A stretch of 58,549 nucleotides of DNA, counting the filler, from Dugesia japonica (taxonomy: Eukaryota): the NCBI GenBank assembly GCA_001938525.1. It is 4 parts of 4 records of this genome, joined end to end, with 100 filler letters (N's around TTAATTAATTAA, not from the genome) between each part and the next. Parts side by side here need not be neighbours in the genome. Positions count along the whole stretch, not along the records: positions 1 to 10,126 come from MQRL01590988.1; positions 10,227 to 20,084 come from MQRL01636086.1; 2 more parts are not named here. One strand, 5' to 3'. The notes beneath the pieces were generated by a model that ran no database searches, was not told the origin of the DNA, and saw only the letters and a program-made list of their open reading frames with translations. Position numbers and translations under genes: made by a program. Of the stretch, positions 1 to 13,192 are shown piece by piece (position 1 is the stretch's first letter; every line of letters begins with the position of its first letter).

Positions 1-182
1 TATATATTTGTTTCACATATTTCCTATAGTAAACTTTTTGAAAGATAATTAATGTTTCATCTAATGTAATAATAAAAATGGGCTATTATTATAATGGCTG
101 ATGACAAATGTGAGAATATTCAAAAAGGTTTATTTGATAGTACATAAATTTTATTACACGTCGATAAAGTACAATTTAAAGC

Positions 183-1350
183 GTGTCTATCATTATGATT
201 ATCATAAATATTCAAGCATTCCATTCACACATGTTCCATTCCGTATCGTTGCACGCGATTCAATTACTTGAGAAAATTTTGACCATAGACTGTATGATAT
301 CTAACAACTTTCTTCAAGCACCTTATAATGTGCATAGTCAGCTGCTAAACGCTTGCAACTTTCCAACACTTTGCATACATCCAACCTTTTAAAATTGATC
401 AGATATGGTCGCAGTTCCAGNACACAGGTCAAATTGTCGTTCTTGGCAACAAAAAAAACTTTTGAAATGTAAGTCGACCAGTAAGCTTCTTTGCATACAG
501 TGCCGATGAAGGTCGAATCAGAAGACGTAACTACCATGGCAGTAATTCTTCCATATGAATGGAATGAAGCGCTTCACAAGACATTCGTTTAAGTAGACGT
601 TGTTGTTGACAGGAAGTCAAAATTGTGGGAAAAAACTTTGCTGAATCCTTCAGGTGAGATAGCCATCTAAACAAGAATCTTCTTCTGAGATTTCTTTACC
701 TGTTTGAATTTTACATCACCTGATGTTGCATTGATATCGGGTATCCGGAATCCAGCAATTGAATTTTTATCAGAAGTGTTGAGGTGAAACACTTGAGAAG
801 ACGAAATGAACCAGCGATTAGGTACACCTAAAATTTGAAAGATTGTCACAAGAAAGAAAACGAAGAACACAGACAAAAGAAGGAGTTAGACCAGTTACCG
901 AAAGGAATAATTGAAGAAAATACTGAAATAAAGGAACTAAATATGAGAAATGACCCGTTACCTAGTGAGTTACAAAGGAAGAAAAGAAATGTTGGAAGAG
1001 AAAAAACGGACTGAGAGAACAAAGAAAGNNNNNNNNNNNNNNNNNNNNNNNNNNNNNNNNNNNNNNNNNNNNNNNNNNNNNNNNNNNNNNNNNNNNNNNN
1101 NNNNNNNNNNNNNNNNNNNNNNNNNNNNNNNNNNNNNNNNNNNNNNNNNNNNNNNNNNNNNNNNNNNNNNNNNNNNNNNNNNNNNNNNNNNNNNCAATAT
1201 ACTAAAGTCTATAATTGAGTCTATATGTCTTAATATGTTTAATATAGATACAATGATATCAATTATATTTAAAGTATATAGTATTCCTTATTTAAAAAAA
1301 ATTCAAATTTACTTTAAAAATAAAATTATATTGTCAAACAATAAATAACA
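183..1350 (+). mobile_element. Possible degraded LTR-retroelement 3' end (coding-like remnant, purine tract, LTR-like segment)
   Basis: GC-richer broken reading frames 183-1020, a purine run before the gap at 1029, and 1195-1350 shares blocks (TCTTAATATGTTTAATATA; TATATAGT..CTTAT..AAA..CAAA.TTTACTTT) with the solo LTR at about 26340-26460. No catalytic motif recognised. Confidence 0.25.
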
Positions 1351-2244
1351 GTGAATGCATTCTTTAAGATTTTTGCCTCAGTTGTGAATTGGAAACAATT
1401 CAAACTGTTGAACGGCTTGTAAATGGGTGGTTAAAAATGAAAAACCACCCACTATTTATACTAGTGTTTTATGAAAATAATTACAGATAATGCATATGGA
1501 ACTTTCCATAAATTTACATTATAATTATAAAAATTTTTTTTTATTATAGATATAAAATTTTCCATTATTTACAATAAAAATTACCGATTGTTAAACTAAA
1601 AATATCAACCAATAAAAAGAACGCATGTGACCATCTGGGCAATAAAAGCGCCATGAATTTATATCCACCAATAAAATAAACGAGGGTGTAGAAAAAAACT
1701 TGTATAAATACCGATGTAATTTTCACAAAAATATACACTTTTTATTAAGGAAATACGGAAATTAAAACGAAATTANNNNNNNNNNNNNNNNNNNNNNNNN
1801 NNNNNNNNNNNNNNNNNNNNNNNNNNNNNNNNNNNNNNNNNNNNNNNNNNNNNNNNNNNNNNNNNNNNNNNNNNNNNNNNNNNAATGGAATGGATGTTAT
1901 GCTCTTATGCTTGCTCCGGATCAGGATTCAGACCACGTTAGTTTTATTGTTTATTCTAATTATTAATTAATGTATAAAAAGTGAAGTTTGGATAATCGAA
2001 TATATTTTTCACTTGTTAGAATTTTAGGTTCTTGATAACTTTAAAACTTAGGGTATTGATTTATAAAGTAGTAATTAAATGAACTCAGCTAAATATGCAT
2101 AAGCATGAAAAATTATAATTAATTAGGACTCAATGGACTGATAAATTAAAAACTCAATCAAACAAGTTATAAGCTGAAATCGAATAAATTAATGATTGAT
2201 AAGTATGATTTTAAAATCAAACGAGTGTCATAAAATAGGAACCA

Positions 2245-2562
2245 AAAAAAGGTATGCGGGTTTGTACTCGGATTCCGAGTCAACGGCTCCATTCCGAAGA
2301 AGTGGAAATTTTGAGGGTCACCAGATTCAAATTCATCGCGGGGTTTTACCAGGTCAATTACCCTAGATTAAATTTTTTATAAAGTTCGATCCCCCTAGAT
2401 TTAATCATATAAGATATCAACAAACCTAGAGTAAAACCCCAACACTAGCCTCAAATGTGAAACAGGATTCATAGTCAATGATAAACTCAAGAACCTTGAA
2501 TTTTGAGAACATGAACCCACAAAGCCGACGAGTGACGACCTTTTAGCTTAGTGGCCCAGCTA
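2245..2562 (-). other. Candidate tRNA-derived SINE or Pol III-like unit
   Basis: GC-rich island; on - it starts with a tRNA-like head (CTGGGCCACTAAGCT...GTGGGTTCATGTTCTC), contains hairpin CTCGGAATCCGAG and ends in a T7 run. Confidence 0.25.
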
Positions 2563-2569
2563 GAACTGC

Positions 2570-3075
2570 TATTATCTTCCAAAATTTGATATTTGTCTTC
2601 GTTTTCATAGCTTTCACAATGCACGATTAATAGTATGTAAATCATTTTGACAATAGCCCAGCTAAAATTTCAGTTTTATCGTTGACTGCGCATTTTAAAT
2701 ATTGGATTATTAACTTGGTCATGATTTTTGCATTTCTTCCGGATCCTCTTTTCGTTTTGATGGCACATCGACTTCCCAACCTTTAATAATGCGATAAAAA
2801 CTAATTTTTGTTAATGTTTCGTTGTTAAAATGACCAGCAACAGCTTCTCTTCCATTATTATGATTTAGGTCACAATACTTATACACTCGCTGAACAATGG
2901 TTGGCACAATCATTTTGATGTTACAAAGTAATAAACTAAGTTATATATCTGAAAATTGATGTATAAATTGTAAATACATTATTGCTTATAACTACAAAAC
3001 AGCATGACTAAACTATCACTCATTATTTTTTATTTTATTTCAAATGCAGTCTCAAATTTTTGTCATTATTCCTTA
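2570..3075 (-). mobile_element. Tc1/mariner-superfamily 5' fragment (N-terminal HTH)
   Basis: ORF 2719-2913 (QRVYKY...HF...ISFYRIIK...KRK) resembles a transposase N-terminal HTH followed by an RKxGSGR-like motif; a TIR-like end lies near 3045-3075. Confidence 0.4.
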
Positions 3076-3964
3076 TCATAATTTGACCTAGGATACATTA
3101 AATACTACGTTAAGATTTTAATGAATCAGAAGTTTATCAGTTTATTGTTATTACTTAATAAATATTTGTGTTAGATTAATTTTTTTTATTCTAACCTAAC
3201 AGTGATATTTTCAAAAAAATCCTTTTAAACTATTTAAGTTATTTTAGCGATATATTCTTTATTTATTAAATAGTTTATTTATATTAAATGAAGAAAGTAA
3301 ATACTTACACACCAAATATATAAATGGAAGTCAAATAAACATTGTGTTATAATCACAGACCCCCAGGAATCAAAAAATTAGGTATGATGGGATTGTTCAT
3401 TTAATTTATTGATTTTTGTTGAATTTTAACATGATTTCTAAAAGTAAATATTTAAACTTAATTACAGATTATACCCATGTTTTCGAAAGTTTGTTTAATG
3501 ATTTAGATGTATTTGAAAATCAATTTTTTGTTATTAATTTTTTTTTAAAAATAAAATAGATTTTTAGAAGAGACTCGCGGTCATAGGAAAACCAATATTG
3601 CCTCTAATAAATATTTCAAATTAAACTAACTAATATTTAAAGACATTTAATATTGACAATCCTGTTTCTGATTATTTTATTTTAACATTAATTATAGTTA
3701 TTCACAAATTATTTATTAACAATTTCATTAATTTTCGTTACTTATTATCACAATTTAATAAATTTGAAAAAAAATTACTAAAAATATAAATCTTTGATTA
3801 CTTAATTGATTGTGAATTGTATTTAATAATCAATTAATATTTAATTATTTATAATTTTGGATACAGAAATTTTACAAACAAAATATCAAATAAATCAACT
3901 TATTTGAACGCTTTGTTTTATTAATTCATTACAATCCTAGCAATAAATTTCCAATCTATTTCAA

Positions 3965-4184
3965 ATGTCTCAAATAGAAGTAAATTTTTAATATTGATAA
4001 TTTCATTAATTTAATAGGCTAATGTTATTTACGATTTTGATCCTGAACAATCTATTGATCTTCGTATTGTAACAGGAGAAATCATTGTAATTGTCGATCA
4101 GGATGTTGGTAATGGATGGTGGAAAGCTAGAAATCGAAGAGGCGAGGAAGGCTTGATTCCAGCAAATTATGTCGAAATAATTAG
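3965..4184 (+). CDS. N-terminal SH3 domain of a sorting nexin 9/18/33 (SH3-PX-BAR)-like protein; exon 1 3965-3979, 38-nt intron 3980-4017, exon 2 4018-4184
   Basis: Spliced translation MSQIE|ANVIYDFDPEQSIDLRIVTGEIIVIVDQDVGNGWWKARNRRGEEGLIPANYVEII has the SH3 YDF, GWW and GLIPxNYV motifs plus the DVGxGW signature of SNX9-family SH3 domains; the intron is GT..AG. Missed by the ORF track. Confidence 0.8.
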
Positions 4185-5116
4185 GTAATCAAGATGAAAT
4201 GATTTTCAAATTATTTTTAAGAATTTGTCTATAAATAAGCTTTTATGATTAATTCTATTTGTATTTGAATGAAGTCATGTAAATAATGTAATTTATTGAT
4301 TAATTAATTATTAATTGATATTAAATTAAATTTAATGTACAAATATTAAAATTTATAAAATTGAGACACGAGTAATTATAAAAGTAATAAAATTTTCAGT
4401 AGAAAAATTAAAATACGAATTGTAAGTTATTTTTGCAAAAAATATATTTAGATGTATTCGAGTCCCTTTTAAAATACGCAAAATTATTTGATTTAAATTT
4501 AGATTTTATGACGCATTGTTTACGTTTTATGTAAAAGAATTTTTACAATAAAACCTTATTCGCGTGTAATTATTACATAATTCAAATCTTGTTTAGTCTT
4601 TAAACTGAATACATAATATAAATTATTCTATAATTTTAAAGAAATACAATAAACATTTGTGATCTACTTTGATAACTTTTAAGAATTTATATAAAATATT
4701 TAAAATTATGATTAAAATTAAATTATAAACTTTATATTATAGAAAGATAAAAATTATTCAATTGGATATGAATGATAAATATTGTTTACATACATAAGAT
4801 TCAATTATTATGTCTGGGAAATACTGACCGGAGTCCAACTGTTTTGTGTGCTGTTGTTTAGTGAATATTGTGTAAGATTAAAATCTATTTAAAATAAGTG
4901 AACAAAACATCAATAAACGTAGATTAATATGATTTGTTAAAAATGAATTTTTACTTAAACAAAAATAATAATATTGATTTATTTACAAAATTTATTGAAA
5001 TTTCAAATTTAAAAATAGAAGGCACTTTAATTATCTTGCAAACGATTTCATAAACTCTTGAGTTTGAATTCTTTCATTGTTTTCATCACGGGATTATTAA
5101 ATTGTATTAATATCAG

Positions 5117-5152
<36 letters not shown>
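5117..5152. repeat. Compound (CT)n(AT)n microsatellite
   Basis: Directly visible. Confidence 0.9.
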
Positions 5153-6542
5153 CATAACAACTTTTATGAAATTAATTGCGTGTTGTAAGAGTTATGCATA
5201 ACTTTTATTTTTATACGCCAGATGTTAATATGCAAAGTAAATTAAAGTTTTATTGTACTAATTAAGTCAATGACCCAATTTCTATAATTAATTTATTTTC
5301 TTATTTAACAATTTGCTAATTTCAAAATCAAACCGATTTTGTATCAAAAATTTGCCAGAAATTTGGTCTTAAAATATTGTTCAGGTTTGTTTAATTAAAA
5401 AATTTTTGAAAATTTCAGTCTGTATTTCAGAATATTTTCAAGGATTTTCGACAAAATATTTCTTTTAAAATCTAATAGTATTAAGATAATATATTTTAAT
5501 TGATCAGTACTTCGTATTCCTTTGTTACACTGATTCACTTCACTATTAACCATCGTAAAGGATTTCATTTCTACAAAATTATATGATTAAATAATGAAAT
5601 TAAGATTTAGTAACACCGATTATCTCTCTTTTCTCTTCTAATGTTAAGTTATTGCTGCGATCATTATGAAAGATGCTTAACAAAATTAAATTTTCTGTAA
5701 AAATATATTTTTTTGAAATGCTTCTTAATTTATCTGTTGGAATGAATAAAATTTATAATTGAATCTTTAATAACATTAACCGATGTTGAATTTTATCCAG
5801 GGTTGCCAACTATCCGTAAATTTATGGACAGTCCGGGAAAATTTGGACCTAAATAACTTGTCAGTAAAAGTCCATACGAATAACATTAAGATATTTGTGA
5901 AAAAATAAAGTTAAATTTTAAAAGCAAATTTTCCAAGTTAACTATATTTTAATAAAAACGTGCATCGTCAAAACTTCTGCCACTTCCGCAATGGTTGACA
6001 TTGTCAACGTTTCTATGTATGATCATATGCAAGAAAAATTAAACATCGACGAGGATGTAATACAAAAAAATTATTCTAGAAAATATACTCTTGATGACTA
6101 TGATATAGTCTCACCAAAATATCTAATTGTATAACTTTACGGTTTTTGAAACTTTACATTTAGTGATGAACAATATATGGCTCTCGGGCCTCTGTTGACA
6201 GGATACCAGTGGCTCTAATAAACAACAGGTAACCTAGCCCGCGGCATCTTNCACTAAGGTGGAAAAATAAATCTGAAAATAGTGTCACTAATTCCTAGCA
6301 CTTATATCTGTGAATAATTTTTTTCTAAAATGTAGTAAACAAATATCAATAACAGATGTAGGCTGACTGCTGATAACTTATCAAACGAATTACGAGTGAA
6401 CAAATCAATTATCAAGGCAAATATCTCAGATTTGTATCGTGATAAGAAGTGTCAAATATCACACTAAACAAAACTAGAACTAGATTGATATTAATATGTT
6501 AAACTATTTGACCAGTGGTTTAGTCGTCACGGACTAAAAGTA

Positions 6543-7704
6543 CGTGGTAAGTCTAAAAATTCTTTAGATTATATTGAAAATATTTAAATAAAATTTTGCA
6601 CGTTAATTAATAATTATATATAGAGTATGAAATGTACAAATTTTTTTAATATTCTAATTTTTGTTTGCACTAGAGAATAATTCAAAAAAAAATTTCGATA
6701 ATGTTGAATTTCGCAATGTGATCCGATTTTTACTTTTCAAGGGACTTGACAAGAAGGAAATTATTAATCAGTTTCAAGAGGTTTATGGTGAAGAAGTCCC
6801 ATCTAAGGCAATGATTTATAACTGGATCCGAGAATTTTCATCTGGTCGAATAAGTGTTTTTGATGCAGCTATTTGAGAGGTCGAATGTATGAAAAACAAC
6901 CGTCCAACTGCTCCTAGAGCAAATGGGGAATCCGAAAGTTGTGTAGCAGATTTGTGCCTAGATTTTTAACAGCTAAGAAGATGTCTAGACGAAAAATGGT
7001 CTGTGAAAGGAATCTTCGTCTTCTGGATGCAATCGGACAAAGTTTTTTGTTTAATATAATAATTACAGACGAGACGTCATTGAGTCTCTACCTTCATTAC
7101 TCTTAAAGAGAGTCAAATGAATGGATTTTCAAGAACGAGAAGCCATTCAAGGTCTTGCGTCTAGGAATTGCACATCGTAAATGTGCCATGCTGACTTTCT
7201 TTTAGGATAAAAATGGCATTGTGAAGCTAGATTTTACTGAAGGAATCATAAAATCAAAAATTACTACAATAATCTCATACTTGAAATCCAACGCAAGCAA
7301 CGAACCCAGGATCTTTAGTTACTCCATGCTAACGCTCCTACTCAGACACACAAGAAACATAAACAAAATCTGAATTTGTGTAGCTGGATCATCCATATTA
7401 CAGTCCAGATCTTGCACCCAGTTATTTCTGGTTGTCCAATCATCCGAAGAAACATATCTGAGGACATAAGTTTGCTAGAAAGAAGGATATGAAGGACAAC
7501 GTGACGAAACTCCTCATGCAGAAGGATAAAAAAATATTTGAACGGGGCTTCGATGGAATGGTCGACTGCTGGGAAAAAGTGCGTCAATGTAAACGGGAGT
7601 TATGTTGAGAAATGAGACCTATGAATGTATATTTATTAATAAAATTTTGTTGAGTTGACTTCATTATTTCTGGTAGAATCTAAGAACTTTTTAGCCTTAC
7701 CACG
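6543..7704 (+). mobile_element. mariner (DD34D-type) DNA transposon, both ends present, transposase pseudogenised
   Basis: TIRs CGTGGTAAGTCTAAAAATTCTTTAGATT / AATCTAAGAACTTTTTAGCCTTACCACG flanked by TA. Transposase pieces include FRNVIRFLLFKG...EVYGEEVPSKAMIYNWIREFSSGR, IITDET and HPYYSPDLAP. Confidence 0.92.
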
Positions 7705-9294
7705 TATGTACAAACTTGATAAGCGTATAATTATAATAATTTTGAAAATTGCAGAGGCATTGTTATGCAAATAATATTTATGAATAATACTTTATTAAAT
7801 ATAAACTTTGGATGTTTTAAAGTTTGTTTACTACATACTTATGCTTTCAAGAATATTTTGTTATTGAATTTAATAAACAAATATATTAACAAATTAGCGC
7901 GATTTACATCTGGCCCCCAAAACATTTGACAAGATTTAACTGGCCCTTAAACAAAAATAGTTTCTCATGCCTACCTTATATTAAAAACACCCGTAAAAAT
8001 TGTAGAGAATTTTAATATTTGTTCATAAATTTCATTTAATCAGATTATCGACCTTGATTTTATCTTTTTATATATTTTAACCTACTGATAAAGTATGACC
8101 GCACAAGTTCCCGAATCGATCCCGTTTTCAAATAAAATCTTTAAAAAAAATACTATAAATAACTTTATACTAATTTAAAACATAATTAATTATATTAATT
8201 TAAAGTTTTTCTAGTGCAATATTAATATATGTATATAGGAAAAATAAAACAACGATTTTTGATTCTACGTATGAAAATTTTTTTATTATTTCTTCTATGA
8301 AATTTCTTTCAGGTCCCGCTAGGAAGCTTTGCACTCGGCCCCATTTTTCGAACTGGCCTTGTTAATGATTATTATATTATAAAATTAAAAAAAACGAAAC
8401 TGTATTGATATTATAAGATTATTTATTTATAAGATTATTTATTGTTAAAATACTCTAAGATAATTTTTATAAGTGTCGTAAACAATTTCAAAAGAAAAAT
8501 TTTATGAAATTAATTTTGTTACATTAAAAATGACTTAATATACGTTTTTACTAAGTATATTTATGTCCATTATATATGTGTTTTTGCTAAATTAAGCCAA
8601 GCTTTTCTGTGTTCGAGGGAATAGAAATCGTTTGATCCACTACTTTTATAGATTTATTGTTCTGAAACATTTCAACTTCTTAAGATGGTGATGTGACCTT
8701 GGTAACTTAAGCTCTTTTTTAGCTGGTGACTTGATATTGAATTATTGCTTGCGACAATAATAATTTACACCCAATTCGAACTTCTTAGTTCGCCTAGGAC
8801 TTTTTTACACCACATTTGTCTGAGTTTTCAATATAATTTTTGACTACATGATTGCTTCTTTAGATGTATCGAATTTATTATACGAGCAATCCCAGAGACG
8901 TTAGCATATATATTTGACTCATTTCTATACCTGAAGATATTTACTTCTATTTATAACCTCAAATAATTTTAATTGAATTAACTAACAAATTAACTGAAAT
9001 CAGTAATATCAAATTGTAAAGAATATACTATTTGTGTAAGTTGTTAAAAGAAAAATTGAAATACGTAAACTTGTTTTAATAGAGGCGACTCAAAATCCTT
9101 TATTTGAATTTATTTTAACAAAATTGGTGTCCCTTTTGGTACTTATAATATACTTATTTCATGAATTGACTTTATTCGAGATTGCTATTAAAATACCTTA
9201 AACCACATTTTTGATTTAGTATATTGCACTTATTTATGAGGAAAGGTAATATATGAAACATTTTAAATTTATTTTAAATTAAAAACCTTTAGGA

Positions 9295-9700
9295 CAGGGG
9301 TTCTCAAACCATGGTACATTACAATATTTTAGTGGTACAATTTTTACAAAAATAAATTAAATGAATGTAAAATTGCGTCTCTTTTAACATTTTGTTTGCC
9401 GTTGTTTCTATTTTGTTATTGCTGGAGACTGTGAATAAAGGTAAGGAGTAAATTTGAATTTTGTTTCTTTTTTAAAACAAGTATTTTTATCTATTTTTTT
9501 TATTTACAAAGAAAGGCTTCGGGATCTTTATCTAATTTTATTAACCATATTTATTAGTTTGTTTGTTGTATAAATTTTTTTATATTTAAATTTGGGGCAT
9601 GAATACAATTTTTTTAATATTGTTAAAATTTTTTTGATGGTACATATATTTTTCTTTCATATTTATGTGGTACAAAATTTGAAAAGTTTGAGAACCTCTG
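9295..9700. mobile_element. hAT (Charlie-like) MITE, 406 bp
   Basis: TIR CAGGGGTTCTCAAAC / GTTTGAGAACCTCTG; degenerate 8-bp TSD CTTTAGGA / CTCTAGGG. Confidence 0.85.
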
Positions 9701-10227
9701 CTCTAGGGCATTCTTTAACTATTAAGTCATTATTTCGTGAAATTCTGATAATAAAACCGTTAAGGAAAAAATATGGCATTTCGGCATGGAAAGACGTGTA
9801 TTAAAAAAATAAAAGCAAATTAGACGGTATATATATGTATGGATGTATATATGTATGTATATTTGTATAAATAGATCAATAACATGAAATTTTTTTATGA
9901 ACAATTATACAAATAATTCTGTCTAATCTATTTAGAAATGATATTTGATAAGTGTAATTATGAATTTATTAAATACAACAGCAAGATTTGATAGGAATAT
10001 TTAATTAAAATCTGTTGTAATTCTGAGATATATAGCGTTTAAATTTTATTATTTTAAATATCAAAGATTAAAAAATAATATTATTTTAAAATTTTAGATT
10101 TTACTAAAGATTTTTTTGTAAATGTANNNNNNNNNNNNNNNNNNNNNNNNNNNNNNNNNNNNNNNNNNNNTTAATTAATTAANNNNNNNNNNNNNNNNNN
10201 NNNNNNNNNNNNNNNNNNNNNNNNNNT

Positions 10228-11207
10228 TTATATAAATATATTAATATTGATAAATTTTAATTTTAGATTTTTTTATTCTAGCAAAAACAACAAAGTTAAT
10301 AATTAAATCCTTAAAATTTATTTTTTATTGAGATTTTTGTTGTTGAATGCTAAATGTTTTATATCGGGTTCGTAATTGGCGCATTATCTTAAATTCACGA
10401 AGCATTAATCTCATCTATTAGTCTACTTCTCATCTCAGGTTTAATAAAGTTCATTGAAGAAAATAAGGATTCGCATGATTAAGTTCATGTAAAATTGTGA
10501 AAAATTGCTATTGTTATTTTTCAAGGTACGCAAAATTGTCTGGATAACTTTTCCAGGTTTTCACTTTATCGCTTTCGGCATTCCCATGGATTATTTCTCT
10601 TTCATTTTATCTTTTCTAAGGAAATTTTTAGATTTTCAATTTTTTGTGTCCAGATCAAATTGAACTAAAAATCNNNNNNNNNNNNNNNNNNNNNNNNNNN
10701 NNNNNNNNNNNNNNNNNNNNNNNTTTATATAAATATATTAATATTGATAAATTTTAATTTTAGATTTTTTTATTCTAGCAAAAACAACAAAGTTAATAAT
10801 TAAATCCTTAAAATTTATTTTTTATTGAGATTTTTGTTGTTGAATGCTAAATGTTTTATATCGGGTTCGTAATTGGCGCATTATCTTAAATTCACGAAGC
10901 ATTAATCTCATCTATTAGTCTACTTCTCATCTCAGGTTTAATAAAGTTCATTGAAGAAAATAAGGATTCGCATGATTAAGTTCATGTAAAATTGTGAAAA
11001 ATTGCTATTGTTATTTTTCAAGGTACGCNNNNNNNNNNNNNNNNNNNNNNNNNNNNNNNNNNNNNNNNNNNNNNNNNNNNNNNNNNNNNNNNNNNNNNNN
11101 NNNNNNNNNNNNNNNNNNNNNNNNNNNNNNNNNTTTCATTTTATCTTTTCTAAGGAAATTTTTAGATTTTCAATTTTTTGTGTCCAGATCAAATTGAACT
11201 AAAAATC
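10228..11207. repeat. Near-exact ~450-bp tandem duplicate across N gaps (probable assembly artefact)
   Basis: 10228-10673 is repeated from 10724, and both copies are bounded by gaps. Confidence 0.7.
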
Positions 11208-11604
11208 TATTAATTGCATTTCAAAATCGTTTAATTCCATAAATAAAAACATTGTTAAATTAAATTGCTGATATAGTATAATCTATTAAATATGTGCACT
11301 CTTTGGACATTTAAATTATGTCCAGATTAGAAAGTTAAATTAAATATTTTTTAAATCATTGCACATTTTTGTTTCTTTTTTTTTCATTGAAACTTTTCTT
11401 GATCAATAAACGCGATTTCCAAATCAACGATTTTAGAAAGTAAAGTTTACGCATTTTCTTATGCATATGTTTCATTTGCTATGAATNNNNNNNNNNNNNN
11501 NNNNNNNNNNNNNNNNNNNNNNNNNNNNNNNNNNNNNNNNNNNNNNNNNNNNNNNNNNNNNNNNNNNNNNNNNNNNNNNNNNNNNNNNNNNNNNNNNNNN
11601 NNNT

Positions 11605-12830
11605 ATTTATAAATAATAAATGTTGGCACAAATTATCAATTATATTTTGGCATTCATCATTGGATATTAGATTATTTTCGTCAATCATCCTCTGAGAAAT
11701 TCGTCTGAATAAAGATCAACTTCAATCAGTGAATTAAAATATTCTTAAAAATTTTGATGCTCAAAATCCATTTCTTTAGTTAATTGACGTAAAAAATTGA
11801 AACCCAGTCTTTTCTAACTCATTAGAAATCGTTAAGGAAGTAACCAAAAAACCATGCCAAACTAATTCAATAAACTACTTCTAATTCAGTAATAAATTTT
11901 GTACACTTCGAGTCAAATTAATAATTGTTTATGATTTTCAAAAGTTTCATAACTACCAAACGTCGACAATATGCTTTAACTGAACTAATAAGTCCTTGAT
12001 CAAGAGTTTAAAGTACAGGCGTACAATTTAGAGGAAAAAAGATTAATTTTACATTTAATACATTTGTATTTGAATGAGAAAAATCATTGTAAATGAACAG
12101 CAAAATATTTCTTTTATTATTAGCCATTTTTTTGTTTAAGAATTCAAGCCATTGAATAAATATATCTGATTTCACTCAAGCTTTTTTATTCCAAAAATAT
12201 TTTATAGGGAATTGATGTGGTATTTTTATGAAACAACGAGGCCTTTTCGATTTTCATATTAGCAAAGCTACCAAATTTTCACAATTTAAACTTGAACAAA
12301 TTAAGATGGTAAATCTTTCTTTTAGAATTTTTTGCATAGACTAGATTTGCCTTTTTTAAAGTTTTATTTGGAAGTCGTCGAAAAAAAAGCTGTTTTTTCT
12401 ACTAATAACCATGACAAATATTGGCTAACTTTTCTTTCCATTCCTATATAGTTTGTATATTCACCCCACCAGATTCTCCACAATTAGTAATACATTAAAT
12501 TTAATGTCTTTCTTTAAAACTTTGGAGCCAGCCTTCAGAAACCTTGAAATTTTCTTAAAGGTTACCAGATACCGGAATTCTTTTAGACTTAGCATTATAA
12601 AAAAATTCCATTTTAATTGATTTATATCTTCATAATCTATTTTTCCAAAATGTTTTGCCTATAATTTGATGCATTTCCAAGGTAAAATTAATAATTGCCT
12701 CTTTGTTTTTCATTATATTTCCGTTTGATAAATTATATTTTTTAGTCAGATCCCTTTTAGAAATTTTTTTTCACCATCTTTAAGCAAATATTTATTTTCA
12801 ATAGATAATTCGTGGTTTTTGAGTAATAAA
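11605..12830 (-). mobile_element. Tigger/pogo (CENP-B-like) transposase pseudogene
   Basis: Manual - strand translation: ELSIENK...ISKRDLTKKYNLS (HTH-psq), RIPVSG, GESGGVNIQTI*EWKEKL, FFRRLPNKT, KSKRPRCF, NCTPVL*TLDQGLISSVK. Confidence 0.8.
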
Positions 12831-13192
12831 TAAATAATAATAAATAAAATTAATTAGTTTATCAAAATAAATTCAAGTTTAAAACAATATAAAGCTACAA
12901 AAGTTTTTAATTAGTTTTAAACTGGTTTTAAATTTTACTAGATAAAATTAAGATTTTTATTGACTGATTAATTTTAAAGTTACTAAATATTTAAATTTCA
13001 AACTTTCATGAAATAAATAGTTACAAATCCATAGTCCAAATTTCTACATAATTCGAAAATATTCTAATAAAATCGTTGCATGTTTTACAAAAATATCTTT
13101 AATAAAGTCACCATCAATAAATGGTTTTCTATATTTAGCAATTGTTTTGGCAACTTCAAAGCTTGGAACAACATTATTTGAGATATTGTTAA

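Noticed and set aside
3280-3630. Possible micro-exons upstream of the SH3 gene
   Set aside because: GT/AG patterns are present, but no consistent frame or recognisable protein could be assembled.
10171-10182. TTAATTAATTAA islands inside N runs (also 20129-20140 and 39753-39764)
   Set aside because: An identical all-frame-stop palindrome centred in gaps is a scaffolding linker, not biology; adjacency across these points is unreliable.
10228-11207. Apparent tandem duplication
   Set aside because: The copies are identical and gap-bounded, most likely an unmerged contig overlap.
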